Assembly (NCBI GenBank): GCA_036005845.1
Contig: DASYQD010000029.1
Span: 4,204 to 68,203, forward strand
Source: Thermoanaerobaculia bacterium
Lineage (GTDB): Bacteria; Acidobacteriota; Thermoanaerobaculia; Multivoradales; JAIOJS01
Direction: 5' to 3'
DNA length: 64,000 nt
The notes under the pieces: generated by a model
Databases searched by the model: none
What the model saw: the letters and a program-made list of their open reading frames with translations, nothing else
Told to the model about the DNA's origin: nothing
Program-made: the position numbers and the translations under genes
Shown: positions 1-10,011 of the stretch, piece after piece
Layout of the letters: each line of letters starts with the position of its first letter
Position numbering within the stretch: the stretch's first letter is position 1

Positions 1-1
1 C

Positions 2-358
2 GTGCGCTTCCTGCTGCGGGCCGACCGCGGCGCGGTGCTCACCTTCGCGCCGCTGCAGGGACCGACGGCGGCGCGCCTTGCGGAGAAGCACGACTTCCCG
101 CTCGACGTGAAGACGATGATCTACGTGCGCCACTTCGGGTTGAAGCACGAGCGCGTCTACGTGCGCTCCGACGGCGTGCTGCGCGCGCTCGGCGACGTGG
201 GCGGCGTCTGGTGGCTGCTCTCCGGCCTGCGCATCGTGCCGCGGTTCGTGCGCGATCCGCTTTACGACTGGGTGGCGCGCAACCGCTATCGCTGGTTCGG
301 CAAGTACGACAGCTGCCCGCTGCCGTCGCCCGATCAACGCGCTCGCTTCCTTCCTTAG
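2..358 (+). CDS. DCC1-like thiol-disulfide oxidoreductase (DUF393), 5'-truncated at window edge
   Basis: C-terminal region with conserved ...RDPLYDWVARNRYRWFG... pattern typical of DUF393/DCC family; ORF open to position 2. Confidence 0.5.
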   Translation: MRFLLRADRGAVLTFAPLQGPTAARLAEKHDFPLDVKTMIYVRHFGLKHERVYVRSDGVLRALGDVGGVWWLLSGLRIVPRFVRDPLYDWVARNRYRWFGKYDSCPLPSPDQRARFLP

Positions 359-364
359 CACCGC

Positions 365-1177
365 ATGAAGCAATACCTCGACCTCCTCCGGCACGTCCTC
401 GCGCACGGGGTCGAGAAGGGCGACCGCACCGGCACCGGCACGCTCTCCACCTTCGGCTGGCAGATGCGCTTCGACCTCGCCCTTGGCTTCCCGCTGCTCA
501 CCACCAAGAAGGTGCACACGCGGTCGATCGTGCACGAGCTGCTCTGGTTCCTGCGCGGCGACACCAACGTGCGCTCGCTGCAGCGACACGGCGTCACCAT
601 CTGGGACGAGTGGGCGGACGCCGACGGCGAGCTGGGGCCGATCTACGGCCGCCAGTGGCGCGCCTGGCGCACGGCGGAGGGCGGCTTCGTCGACCAGCTC
701 GCGGCGGTGGTCGAGGGTCTGCGCCGCGACCCCGACTCGCGCCGTCACCTGGTCTCGGCTTGGAACGTTGGCGAGCTGCCGGCGATGGCGCTGCTGCCCT
801 GCCACGTGCTTTTCCAGTTCTGGGTCGGCGGCGCGGACGCCGATGAGCGGCGGCGGCTCTCGCTGCAGCTCTACCAGCGGAGCGCCGACGTCTTCCTCGG
901 CGTGCCGTTCAACATCGCGTCGTACGCGTTGCTGCTCGCGATGGTGGCGCAGGTCACCGGCTACGCAGCCGGCGAGCTCGTGCACACGCTCGGCGATGCG
1001 CACCTCTACAGCAACCATCTCGACCAGGCGCGGTTGCAGCTCGAACGCGAGCCGCGACCGCTGCCGCGCCTCGAGCTCAACCCGGCGCGACGGGAGCTCG
1101 ACGAGTTCGTCTACGACGACGTGCTGATCGTGGGCTACGACCCGCACCCCGCCATCGCGGCGCCGATCGCGGTATGA
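365..1177 (+). CDS. thyA: thymidylate synthase
   Basis: Full-length ThyA-like sequence (..LPCHVLFQF.., ..DAHLYSNHL..), 270 aa, ATG at 365. Confidence 0.95.
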   Translation: MKQYLDLLRHVLAHGVEKGDRTGTGTLSTFGWQMRFDLALGFPLLTTKKVHTRSIVHELLWFLRGDTNVRSLQRHGVTIWDEWADADGELGPIYGRQWRAWRTAEGGFVDQLAAVVEGLRRDPDSRRHLVSAWNVGELPAMALLPCHVLFQFWVGGADADERRRLSLQLYQRSADVFLGVPFNIASYALLLAMVAQVTGYAAGELVHTLGDAHLYSNHLDQARLQLEREPRPLPRLELNPARRELDEFVYDDVLIVGYDPHPAIAAPIAV

Positions 1178-1674
1178 GAGTGTCGCTCATCGTCGCCATG
1201 GCGGAGGGCGGCGTCATCGGCCGCGCCGGCCGGCTGCCGTGGCATCTGCCCGCCGACCTCGCGCGGTTCAAACGGCTGACGATGGGCCATCATCTCGTCG
1301 TCGGACGGCGCACGTGGGAGTCGATCGGCCGCGCGCTGCCGGGCCGCGCGATGCTGGTGGTGAGCAGCCGAGCGAACGAGCTGCGGTTGCCGCAAGACGT
1401 GCGCGGCGTCGCATCGCTCGACGAGGCGCTCGCCATCGCCCAGCAGGCGGGTGAGGACGAGGCGTTCGTCGCCGGCGGCGCCGCGATCTACCGCGACGCG
1501 CTGCCGCGCGCCGACCGCCTCTACCTGACCTGGGTGCAGGCCGAGGTCACCGGCGACACGTTCTTCCCGTCGGTCAACCCGGCCGAATGGCGCGAGGTCG
1601 AGCGGGAGGAGGTCGCGGCCGACGACCGCAACTCCTACCCGACGAGCTTCACGGTGTTCGAGAGACGGCGCTAG
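1174..1674 (+). CDS. folA: dihydrofolate reductase
   Basis: DHFR signature (MISLIVAMA..GVIG..LPW..DL..FK..T); start overlaps thyA stop (ATGA). Confidence 0.92.
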   Translation: MRVSLIVAMAEGGVIGRAGRLPWHLPADLARFKRLTMGHHLVVGRRTWESIGRALPGRAMLVVSSRANELRLPQDVRGVASLDEALAIAQQAGEDEAFVAGGAAIYRDALPRADRLYLTWVQAEVTGDTFFPSVNPAEWREVEREEVAADDRNSYPTSFTVFERRR

Positions 1675-1785
1675 TGGTCGTCGAGCATCGAGATCGCTTC
1701 GGGCGCTCCGCGCCCTCGCGATGACGTTGAGCTGTCATCGCGAGCGCTCTGTAGAACACAGCGAAGCGATCTCGATGGCGAACGT

Positions 1786-2958
1786 CTACGGCTTCTCGCC
1801 GAAGCGCGCGCGGGCCGCCGCCTTGCTCGCCGGCAGCCGCGGCGTCTCGGTGCCCGGCTGCGCCGCCAACCCTTCGATGGCGATCGGCAGCTCGATCTCG
1901 CGCTCCACGGCCAGCGTCGCGCGGTTCAGCAGGCGCAGCGTCAGCCGCTCGGCGCCGGCCGCGGCGCCGGGGATCGGTAGCGACACCGCGGCGCCGTCGG
2001 CGGTGAGGTGAAAGTCCTCGCGCGAGTAGGCAAGGCTCGTCAGGTCGTCTTCGCCCGCGGCGTCGAGCCGCGCGCCGAACACCGCCTCGAGCCGGTACTC
2101 GCCGGGCGAGCCGGTGACCGGCACCGACAGCGACTCGGCGCCGATGCCGACGCGGTCGAGATCGAGGTCGGCAGCGCCTGCGGCCACCATGGCGCCGGTC
2201 AGCGCCGTGCGCGCGAACGGCGCGCCGCCGGGCAGCGTGCCGCGCGCGTCGACGCGGATCGACAGCGGCAGCAGACCGGTGTCGGGGTTGGCGGTGAGCG
2301 TCGCGCGGTAGCGCCCGGGCTCCGCCTCCTCGAGGCGGAGCGGCGCCCGCGCCCGCTCCCACTCCTGCAGGCGCGCCTGTACCTGCGCGCCAAGCAGCGG
2401 ACGCCCACCGGCGAAGAGGCTCGCCTCCACCGTCACCGGCTCGCCGGCGCGGGCGGCGAGCGGCGTCGCCTTCACGCGTATCTCGACCGGGCTGCCTTCC
2501 TCGTTGACGACCACCGCCACCGGTCCGGAGCCGGCGTCGCTCTTGAGCGTGAAGGTGCCCGCCTGCGCGGGATCGAGGCGAATGCCGACGCCGAACGCCG
2601 GCAGATCGAAGCTCTCGAGGTCGGGCTCGAGGAAGCGCTGCGCCTCGCCGATGGGGCCGCGGCCGGGCACCAGCTTCTCGCCGCGCCCGTCGAGGAAGTA
2701 GAGCTCGCCCATCTGGCGGTCGTGCGAGAGCACGGCGAGGTGCACGGTGCCGCCGGTGAGCGGCAGGCTCACGCCCTTGCCGAGGTCGACGTTCTCGAGC
2801 ACGAACCGCGTCGAGACGGCGACCGGCGACGGCTCGCCGGCGCGTGGGAACGGCCCGGCGAGGCGCCCGATCTCGGCCGACGCTCCCGGCGCCGCCAACA
2901 GCAAGACGCCGGCGCCCGCCCACAACATGCTGCGCTTGTGCATGAACTTGGCTCCCAT
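1786..2958 (-). CDS. secreted hypothetical protein (beta-rich), co-transcribed downstream of lipase
   Basis: ATG at 2958 (MGAKFMHKRSMLWAGAGVLLLAAPGASA signal peptide) 14 nt after lipase stop; long upstream part of the six-frame ORF is a high-GC artefact. Confidence 0.55.
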   Translation of the reverse strand: MGAKFMHKRSMLWAGAGVLLLAAPGASAEIGRLAGPFPRAGEPSPVAVSTRFVLENVDLGKGVSLPLTGGTVHLAVLSHDRQMGELYFLDGRGEKLVPGRGPIGEAQRFLEPDLESFDLPAFGVGIRLDPAQAGTFTLKSDAGSGPVAVVVNEEGSPVEIRVKATPLAARAGEPVTVEASLFAGGRPLLGAQVQARLQEWERARAPLRLEEAEPGRYRATLTANPDTGLLPLSIRVDARGTLPGGAPFARTALTGAMVAAGAADLDLDRVGIGAESLSVPVTGSPGEYRLEAVFGARLDAAGEDDLTSLAYSREDFHLTADGAAVSLPIPGAAAGAERLTLRLLNRATLAVEREIELPIAIEGLAAQPGTETPRLPASKAAARARFGEKP

Positions 2959-2972
2959 CTTCGAGCTCAATC

Positions 2973-3848
2973 TCAGAAGTCGGTGGCGAGCGACGCGCCG
3001 ATCGGCTTGTAGTCGTTGCGCCGGTTGTGGTGGTGGTTGGCCTCGGTGCGGAACCAGGCATAGCCGACGAGCTGCGCGCTCCATTCCGCCACCATGCCGT
3101 CGTCCTCGCCGGGCAAACCGGCGACGCCCGAAAGCGTGGCGAGGCCGAAGTCCTCGCTGTGGAACTTCGTCCAGTAGTCGTTCCACAGTCCCCAGCCCGA
3201 GATCCAGTAGAAGCGCTTGGCGAGCGCCGGCCGTCCGCTCGTGCCGTTGAGGAAGTAGCGGTTGTAGTAGGCCATGTCGGCGGTGCGGCAGTTGCGCGTC
3301 GAGGCGTTGTTCTGGCCGACGAGGTCGACCATCCAGCCAGTGAGCCAGGTGCCGGAGAGCGTGCCGGCGAGGTCGGCCGCCTCGCTGCCGCCCTCCGGCG
3401 CGGCGATGGTGTTCACCCAGCGGATGGCGTTGACCACCGCCTGGTACTTGGCGCTGCGCGTCGGGTTGGAGACGATCCACCGCGTCACCACGCCGCCGAA
3501 GGAGTGCGTGTTGATGACGAGGTCGTTGATGCCGCGGGCGGTGATGAAGGCGTAGATCTGGTCGACCACCACGTCGCCCGCCTCCCACATTACCTTGGTG
3601 CCGTCGTAGTGGCAGACGACGTAGGGAATGGCGTAGCCCTTGGTGGAGGTGCGGATCATGTCGGTGGTCCAGTAGGCGAGCGCGACGTTGGCGTCGGCGA
3701 GCTCGGGGCCGCCCTTGCCGTGAACGAAGGCGACGCCGGTGACCGCCGCCGCGGGGGCGGCGAGCGCCAGCGCCAGCAGGCCGGCGGCGAGCGTGGGCGC
3801 GAGGGACCACGACCTTGCGGCGCGGCGATCGCGTGCGGGTGATTTCAT
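2973..3848 (-). CDS. secreted lipase/esterase (alpha/beta hydrolase)
   Basis: N-terminal signal (possible Tat RR), nucleophile elbow HSFGG (GxSxG-like), lipase-like length 291 aa. Confidence 0.7.
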   Translation of the reverse strand: MKSPARDRRAARSWSLAPTLAAGLLALALAAPAAAVTGVAFVHGKGGPELADANVALAYWTTDMIRTSTKGYAIPYVVCHYDGTKVMWEAGDVVVDQIYAFITARGINDLVINTHSFGGVVTRWIVSNPTRSAKYQAVVNAIRWVNTIAAPEGGSEAADLAGTLSGTWLTGWMVDLVGQNNASTRNCRTADMAYYNRYFLNGTSGRPALAKRFYWISGWGLWNDYWTKFHSEDFGLATLSGVAGLPGEDDGMVAEWSAQLVGYAWFRTEANHHHNRRNDYKPIGASLATDF

Positions 3849-4099
3849 CTCTCCTCCTCCACGAGAACGGATGCCGGGACTCTCGCCGCGCTAGAACACG
3901 AGCCGTGCCAGACGCAGGAGAAATAAGTCAAGTGATGCCAGCGAAAGCGGTTAGCTCACGCCGGGACGGTTGTGGCGGCGCGCGCAGGGGTCAGCGTGCG
4001 ACCCGAAGCCCTCTGCCGCACCGCGGCAGGCCGGGTCCGGCTATGACCCTCTAACCATTCGCTGACCCGCGAACGGGCCAGGTACAATCAACGGTTCCA

Positions 4100-5665
4100 A
4101 TGCGCCGCTCTGCTCCACACGATTGGTCCAGATGGCTCGCCGACGAGAAGCCGCTCCAGCGCTTCTCGCCGCACGCCAAGCATCGGCTCGCTTTGGGCTA
4201 CGCCAACAGCTACCACGTCGGCATGTCGAGCCTCGGCTTCCAGCGCACCTTCGAGCTGGTGCACCGCCGCGCCGACTGGGCGTGCGAGCGCTTCTTCCTC
4301 GACGGCGAGGGAACGCCGGTGACGCTGGAGACGCGGACGCCGATCGGCGACTTCGGCTGCATCGCCTTCTCGGTCTCCTTCGAAGAGGATTACGTCCACC
4401 TGCTGCGGCTGCTCGATCGCGCGCGTGTGCCGCTGCGGCGGCGCGACCGCGGCCCCGGCGATCCGCTGGTGCTGATGGGCGGCTCGTGCGCCGCCATCAA
4501 CCCGCTGCCGATGGCGGAGCTCGTCGACGCCTTCCCGCTCGGCGCCGCCGAGAACCTGCTCGACGCGCTGCAGTCCGCGCTCGAAGAGGAGCCCGACCGC
4601 GAAGCGGTGCTGCGCCGCCTCGCCGCGACGCCCGGTTTCTTCGTGCCCGCGCATCACGACGCCTCCGAGCTCACCGAGGCCGACAGCAAGCTCAAGAAGC
4701 TCGAGCTCACCGCCGAGCAGATGCGCCAGCCGGGCAACCTGCCGTCGACGGTGATCGTCACGCCGCACACCGAGTTCCGCGACAAGGTGCTGATCGAGAT
4801 GTCGCGCGGCTGTCCCGAGAAGTGCCGCTACTGCTGGGCGACCTTCGGCATGGGCAAGTTCCGCTGGCACCCGACCGAGGCGATCCTCGGCGCCATGGAC
4901 GGCGCGCGCGGCACGACCGATCAGCTCGGCTTCGTCGCCACCGCGGTGGGCGACCACCCGGAGGTCGAGCGCATCCTCACCACCGGGGTCGAGCTCGGCT
5001 TCCGCTGCTCGGTGTCGTCGATCCGCATCCCGGCGGTGACCGAGGGCGTGCTCGCCGCGTTGCACGCCTCCGGCGACCGCTCGATCACGCTGGCGCCCGA
5101 GACCGGCAACGACGAGCTGCGCATCAAGATGGGCAAGCGCGTCAGCAACGCGCTGCTGCTCGACAAGGTGCGCTTGATCGCCGCCGCCGGCTTCACGCAG
5201 CTCAAGCTCTACTTCCTCGTCGGCCTGCCCGACGAGACGCTCGACGACGTGCAGTCCATCCTCGACCTCGCCGTGCAGGTGCGCGCGATCTTCAAGGATC
5301 AGGCGCCGAAGACCGGCGTCATGGGCCACCTGCACCTCGGCGTCAACGTGCTGGTGCCGAAGCCCTACACGCCGTGGCAGCGCCACCCGATGCCGTCCGA
5401 GCGCGAGCTCGCCGAACGCGTCGCGCTGCTGCGCAAGGGCGTGGCGCGGATGCCCAACGTCTCGCTCGGGCCGCTGTCGATCCGCCAGGCCGTGTGGCAG
5501 ACCTATATCTCGAAGGCGGGGCCGGAAGCGGCCGATCTGCTCGAGCGCGCCGCGCGTGGCCAGCACGTCGCATCGCTGCTGCGCGAGTTCGGCGATCGCA
5601 TCGCGCCCGAGGTCTTCGTGCCGCTCGAGGGCGACCTGCGCTGGCACTTCCTGCGCACCGGCTGA
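4100..5665 (+). CDS. B12-binding-domain radical SAM protein
   Basis: CxxxCxxC motif (RGCPEKCRYCW) with an N-terminal cobalamin-binding-like region; 521 aa. Confidence 0.8.
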   Translation: MRRSAPHDWSRWLADEKPLQRFSPHAKHRLALGYANSYHVGMSSLGFQRTFELVHRRADWACERFFLDGEGTPVTLETRTPIGDFGCIAFSVSFEEDYVHLLRLLDRARVPLRRRDRGPGDPLVLMGGSCAAINPLPMAELVDAFPLGAAENLLDALQSALEEEPDREAVLRRLAATPGFFVPAHHDASELTEADSKLKKLELTAEQMRQPGNLPSTVIVTPHTEFRDKVLIEMSRGCPEKCRYCWATFGMGKFRWHPTEAILGAMDGARGTTDQLGFVATAVGDHPEVERILTTGVELGFRCSVSSIRIPAVTEGVLAALHASGDRSITLAPETGNDELRIKMGKRVSNALLLDKVRLIAAAGFTQLKLYFLVGLPDETLDDVQSILDLAVQVRAIFKDQAPKTGVMGHLHLGVNVLVPKPYTPWQRHPMPSERELAERVALLRKGVARMPNVSLGPLSIRQAVWQTYISKAGPEAADLLERAARGQHVASLLREFGDRIAPEVFVPLEGDLRWHFLRTG

Positions 5666-5683
5666 GACGCGCGTCGAACACGT

Positions 5684-6564
5684 TCAGCGCGACGCGGGAA
5701 CCAGCACGGTGAGGCGCTCGGGCGCCACGCGCACACGCGCCGGCAGCGTCTCGGCACAGGGATCGCCGTCGACCTGCAGCGGCAGCTCGGGCGGGCCGAG
5801 CAGCTCGAGCTCCTCGACGCAGGCGTTAGTGACGTCCTGACGCCGCAGATGGCGGCCGCGCAGCAGGTCGGCCGCGAAGCTCAACGTCGCGAGCCGCCCC
5901 GCGCCATGGAACAGCACCAGCTCGAGCGCGTCGTCGTCCCAACGCGCCGCCGGCACCATCGCCAGCGAGCCGGCGTAGAGCGGCACGTTGCAGACGCAGG
6001 CGAAGCTGCCGCTCCGCTCCTCGCCGTTCCACCGCGCGGTCAGTTGCGGATAGGCGTAGCGGCGCCACGAATCGAAGCCCTGCGCCAGCACGGCGAGCTG
6101 GCCCCGGCGCTTCTTGCGCTCGCCCGAGAGCGCCGCCATCACGGCCGCGTCGAGGCCGGCGGACACCATCATCAGGAACGGCGTCGCGCCGCAGATCCCC
6201 ACCGCCAGAGGACGGCGCACGCCCGTGGCAAGCGCGCGCGCCGCGAGCAGCGGCTGGCGCGGCACGCCGAGCGCGCGCACCAGCACGTTGGTAGTGCCGG
6301 CCGGCAGTGGGGCGAGCGCAACGTCGCTGCCGAGCAGACCCGCCGCCACCTCGCGCAGCGTGCCGTCGCCGCCGACGGCGAACACCGCCTCGACGCGGCC
6401 CTCGCGCGCCAGCGCGGCGGCGAGCGATGTCGCCTGGCCCGGGCCGCTGGTGGGCGTCGCGTCGATCTCCCAGCCGGCTGTCCGGAGGGCGGCGCAGAGC
6501 CCGTCGCGCAACGCCTCGCCGCGGCGGCGGCCGGCGACGGGGTTGTAGAGCAGCGCGCCGCGCT

Positions 6565-6568
<4 letters not shown>
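5684..6568 (-). CDS. diacylglycerol/lipid kinase family protein (YegS/DagK-like)
   Basis: GGDGT catalytic-domain motif ([13 protein letters not shown]); GTG start overlapping ruvB stop. Confidence 0.75.
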
Positions 6569-7638
<1,070 letters not shown>

Positions 7639-7695
7639 GCGCAGGATTGTAGCCGCGACGTTAGAATCCGCTCATCGCTCCATGAGGTGAGACCG

Positions 7696-8127
7696 ATGCC
7701 GAACGATCGCGTCCTGCTGCGTGCCGGGTTCCTGCTCGTCCTCATCGCGATGGCGGGCGGACTGGCGATCCAATCCTTCCCCAACCCGCAGATGGGTGTG
7801 GCGGCCCACGTCACCGGCCTCCTCGACGGGTTGCTGCTGGTCGCCGTCGGCCTCGCCTGGCCGGCGCTGCGATTCTCCGCCGGCCGCGGCAAGCTCGTGC
7901 GCGGCCTGTTCCTCTACGCTGCCTACGCCGCCTGGGGGGGCGCCGTGCTCGGCGCCGTCTGGGGCACCAGCCGTCTGACGCCGATAGGAGGCGCCGGCTT
8001 CCACGCCTCGCCGGCGAAGGAGCTGCTGGTCCAGGTCATTCTCGTCTCGCAAGCCGCGGCCCATATCGTGGGGCTGGTGTTCGTCGTCCTTGCGCTCTTC
8101 CGGCGCGCCGACGCCTCGGCCGGCTAG
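7696..8127 (+). CDS. small integral membrane protein (4 predicted TM)
   Basis: ATG at 7696 preceded by GAGGTGAG RBS; hydrophobic 143-aa product; fills the 486-bp gap between ruvB and ruvA; its stop TAG shares the CTAG tetranucleotide with the ruvA stop. Confidence 0.55.
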   Translation: MPNDRVLLRAGFLLVLIAMAGGLAIQSFPNPQMGVAAHVTGLLDGLLLVAVGLAWPALRFSAGRGKLVRGLFLYAAYAAWGGAVLGAVWGTSRLTPIGGAGFHASPAKELLVQVILVSQAAAHIVGLVFVVLALFRRADASAG

Positions 8128-8722
8128 AGCCGCGCCAGCCGTTTGAGGGACATCCGCAGCAGCTCGGGCACGGTGGCGGCGGCGCTTTCGCGGCGGACTT
8201 CGGCGAGGGCTTTCTCGGCGTCGGCGCGGCGGTAGCCGAGGTTGACCAGGGCGACGAGGAGGTCTTCGTCGTCGGGCTCGCGGGCCGGCGTGGCGGAGGC
8301 GGGTGCGGCCGCGAGCTCGGCGGCCTTGTCGCGCAGCTCGAGGACCAGGCGCTCGGCGGTCTTCTTGCCGACGCCGGGGATGCGGGTGAGGCGGCCCACG
8401 TCGCCGGCGGCGAGGGCGGCGAGCAGCACTTCCGGTGGCAGCCCCGAAAGGATGGCGCGCGCCAGGCGCGGCCCGACGCCCGACACGGTGATCAATCGCT
8501 CGAAGAGGGCGCGCTCGCGCTCGGTCCAGAAGCCGTAGAGCGCCAGCGCGTCTTCGCGCACGTGGGTGTGCACGAAGAGCGACATCTCGGCGCCGCCGGG
8601 CAGCTTCTGCAGCTCGTAGTAGGTGGACAGCGGCAGCGACACGGCGTAGCCGACGCCGTGCACGTCGACGACCGCCAGTTCCGGCGTCAGCGACAGCAGG
8701 CGGCCGCGCAGGTGCGAGATCA
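8124..8722 (-). CDS. ruvA: Holliday junction DNA helicase RuvA
   Basis: N-terminus VISHLRGRL.. (GTG start), HhH region GVGPRLA/IPGVGKKTAERL, about 199 aa; GTG overlaps stop of upstream PLP enzyme gene (GTGA). Confidence 0.9.
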
Positions 8723-9889
8723 CGCTGCCTCGAGCGCCTGCAGCAGATCCGCGATCAGGTCCTCGGCGTCCTCGATCCCCACCGACAACCGCACCAGGCC
8801 GTCGCTGATGCCGAGCTCGGCGCGCTCTGCCGGCGAGAGCTGGCGGTGCGAGGTGAGGGCGGGTACGCCGACGCCGCTCTCGACGCCGCCGAGGCTGGGG
8901 ATGAGCTGCCAGATGCGCAAGCGATCGAGCACGCGCGGCACCGCCTCGGCGCCGCCCTTCAGCTCGAAGGCGAGCATGCCGCCGCCCGTGCGCATCTGCC
9001 GGCGGCCGACTTCGTCGCGGCCGGGGTAGCGCACTCTCGCCACCGCGGCGTGGCTGCTCAGCGTCTCGGCGAGCCGCGCCGCCGTCGCCGACTGGCGCTC
9101 GACGCGCAGCACCAGCGTCTTCATGCCGCGGCCGACGAGGAAGGCGGCGTGCGGGTCGAGGCAGCCGCCGTCCACCATCTCCGCCTTGCGCACGCGCGCG
9201 ATCAGCTCGCCGGAGCCGGCGACGATGCCGGCGGTGACGTCGCTGTGGCCGCCGAGGGCCTTGGTGGCGCTGTGCACGACGAGCTGGGCGCCGTGGAGAA
9301 GCGGCGTCTGCAGCACCGGCGTGGCGAAGGTGTTGTCGACGATCAGCACCGTGCCGCGCGCGCGGCACGCCTCACCGATCGCCGCGAGATCGCAACACTC
9401 GAGCCCCGGGTTGGTCGGCGTCTCGACGAGCACGGCGCGCGGCGGCTTCGCGGCCGCCGCCACCGCCGACGCCACTTCGGCGAGCCGCGGCCGCGACACC
9501 GCGACCTCCGGATGGCGCTCGCCGATCCAGCCGAGCAGCGCGTGGCTGCCGCCGTAGAGCTCGCGCGCCGCGATCAGCAGGTCGCCCGAGCGCAGCACGG
9601 CGGCGAGCGCGCCGGAGAGCGCGGCCATGCCCGAGGCGAAGGCGACGGCGTCCTCGGCGCCTTCGAGCGCCGCCAGCTTCTCCTCCACCGCGCGCACGGT
9701 CGGGTTGCCGTAGCGGCTGTAGAGTCCCGCGAGCTCGCCGCTGCCGAAGGCGCGCGACAGCTCGTCGACGCTGTCGAATAGAAAGGGCGCCGTCTGGTAG
9801 ACCGGCACCGTCGCCGGCCGCCGCGGCGCCGGTTGGCGCTCGCCGGCGTGCACGGCCCGGGTGCCGGGCCGCAGCTCCTGGTCGCTCAT
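8720..9889 (-). CDS. Cys/Met-metabolism PLP-dependent enzyme (cystathionine gamma-synthase/beta-lyase family)
   Basis: PLP-lysine motif SATKALGGHSD, family-typical N-terminus ..TRAVHAG..; start taken at MSDQELRPG (ATG about 9889). Confidence 0.85.
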   Translation of the reverse strand: MSDQELRPGTRAVHAGERQPAPRRPATVPVYQTAPFLFDSVDELSRAFGSGELAGLYSRYGNPTVRAVEEKLAALEGAEDAVAFASGMAALSGALAAVLRSGDLLIAARELYGGSHALLGWIGERHPEVAVSRPRLAEVASAVAAAAKPPRAVLVETPTNPGLECCDLAAIGEACRARGTVLIVDNTFATPVLQTPLLHGAQLVVHSATKALGGHSDVTAGIVAGSGELIARVRKAEMVDGGCLDPHAAFLVGRGMKTLVLRVERQSATAARLAETLSSHAAVARVRYPGRDEVGRRQMRTGGGMLAFELKGGAEAVPRVLDRLRIWQLIPSLGGVESGVGVPALTSHRQLSPAERAELGISDGLVRLSVGIEDAEDLIADLLQALEAA

Positions 9890-9932
9890 CGCGACGCCGA
9901 CTCTAACGGGAGACGACGACGATCGCGCGGCA

Positions 9933-10011
9933 AGGGTCGGGCGGGGGCGCCCCCTGCACATCCTTAGTAGATGAGGGGCAGGGGGTCGGGGGGTTCGGGG
10001 TGAGATGAAAT
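9933..10011 (+). repeat. G-rich intergenic repeat copy R1 (palindrome GGGGGCGCCCCC plus G4 motif GGGGCAGGGGGTCGGGGGGTTCGGGG plus core GGGGTGAGATGAAATC)
   Basis: Shares 19-25 nt core GGGGGG-N3-GGGGTGA(A/G)AT with 4 other intergenic loci in this window. Confidence 0.7.

Noticed and set aside
1786-2958. Lipase-specific foldase (Lif) assignment for the gene downstream of the lipase
   Set aside because: There is no N-terminal membrane anchor and no helical-repeat character. The product has a signal peptide and beta-rich segments, so it was left as hypothetical.
1649-3061. 470-aa minus-strand ORF and 674-aa ORF N-terminal extension across the lipase locus
   Set aside because: These are alternative frames overlapping the lipase gene. 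Only the frame with the signal peptide, the HSFGG motif and the clean downstream ATG was kept.
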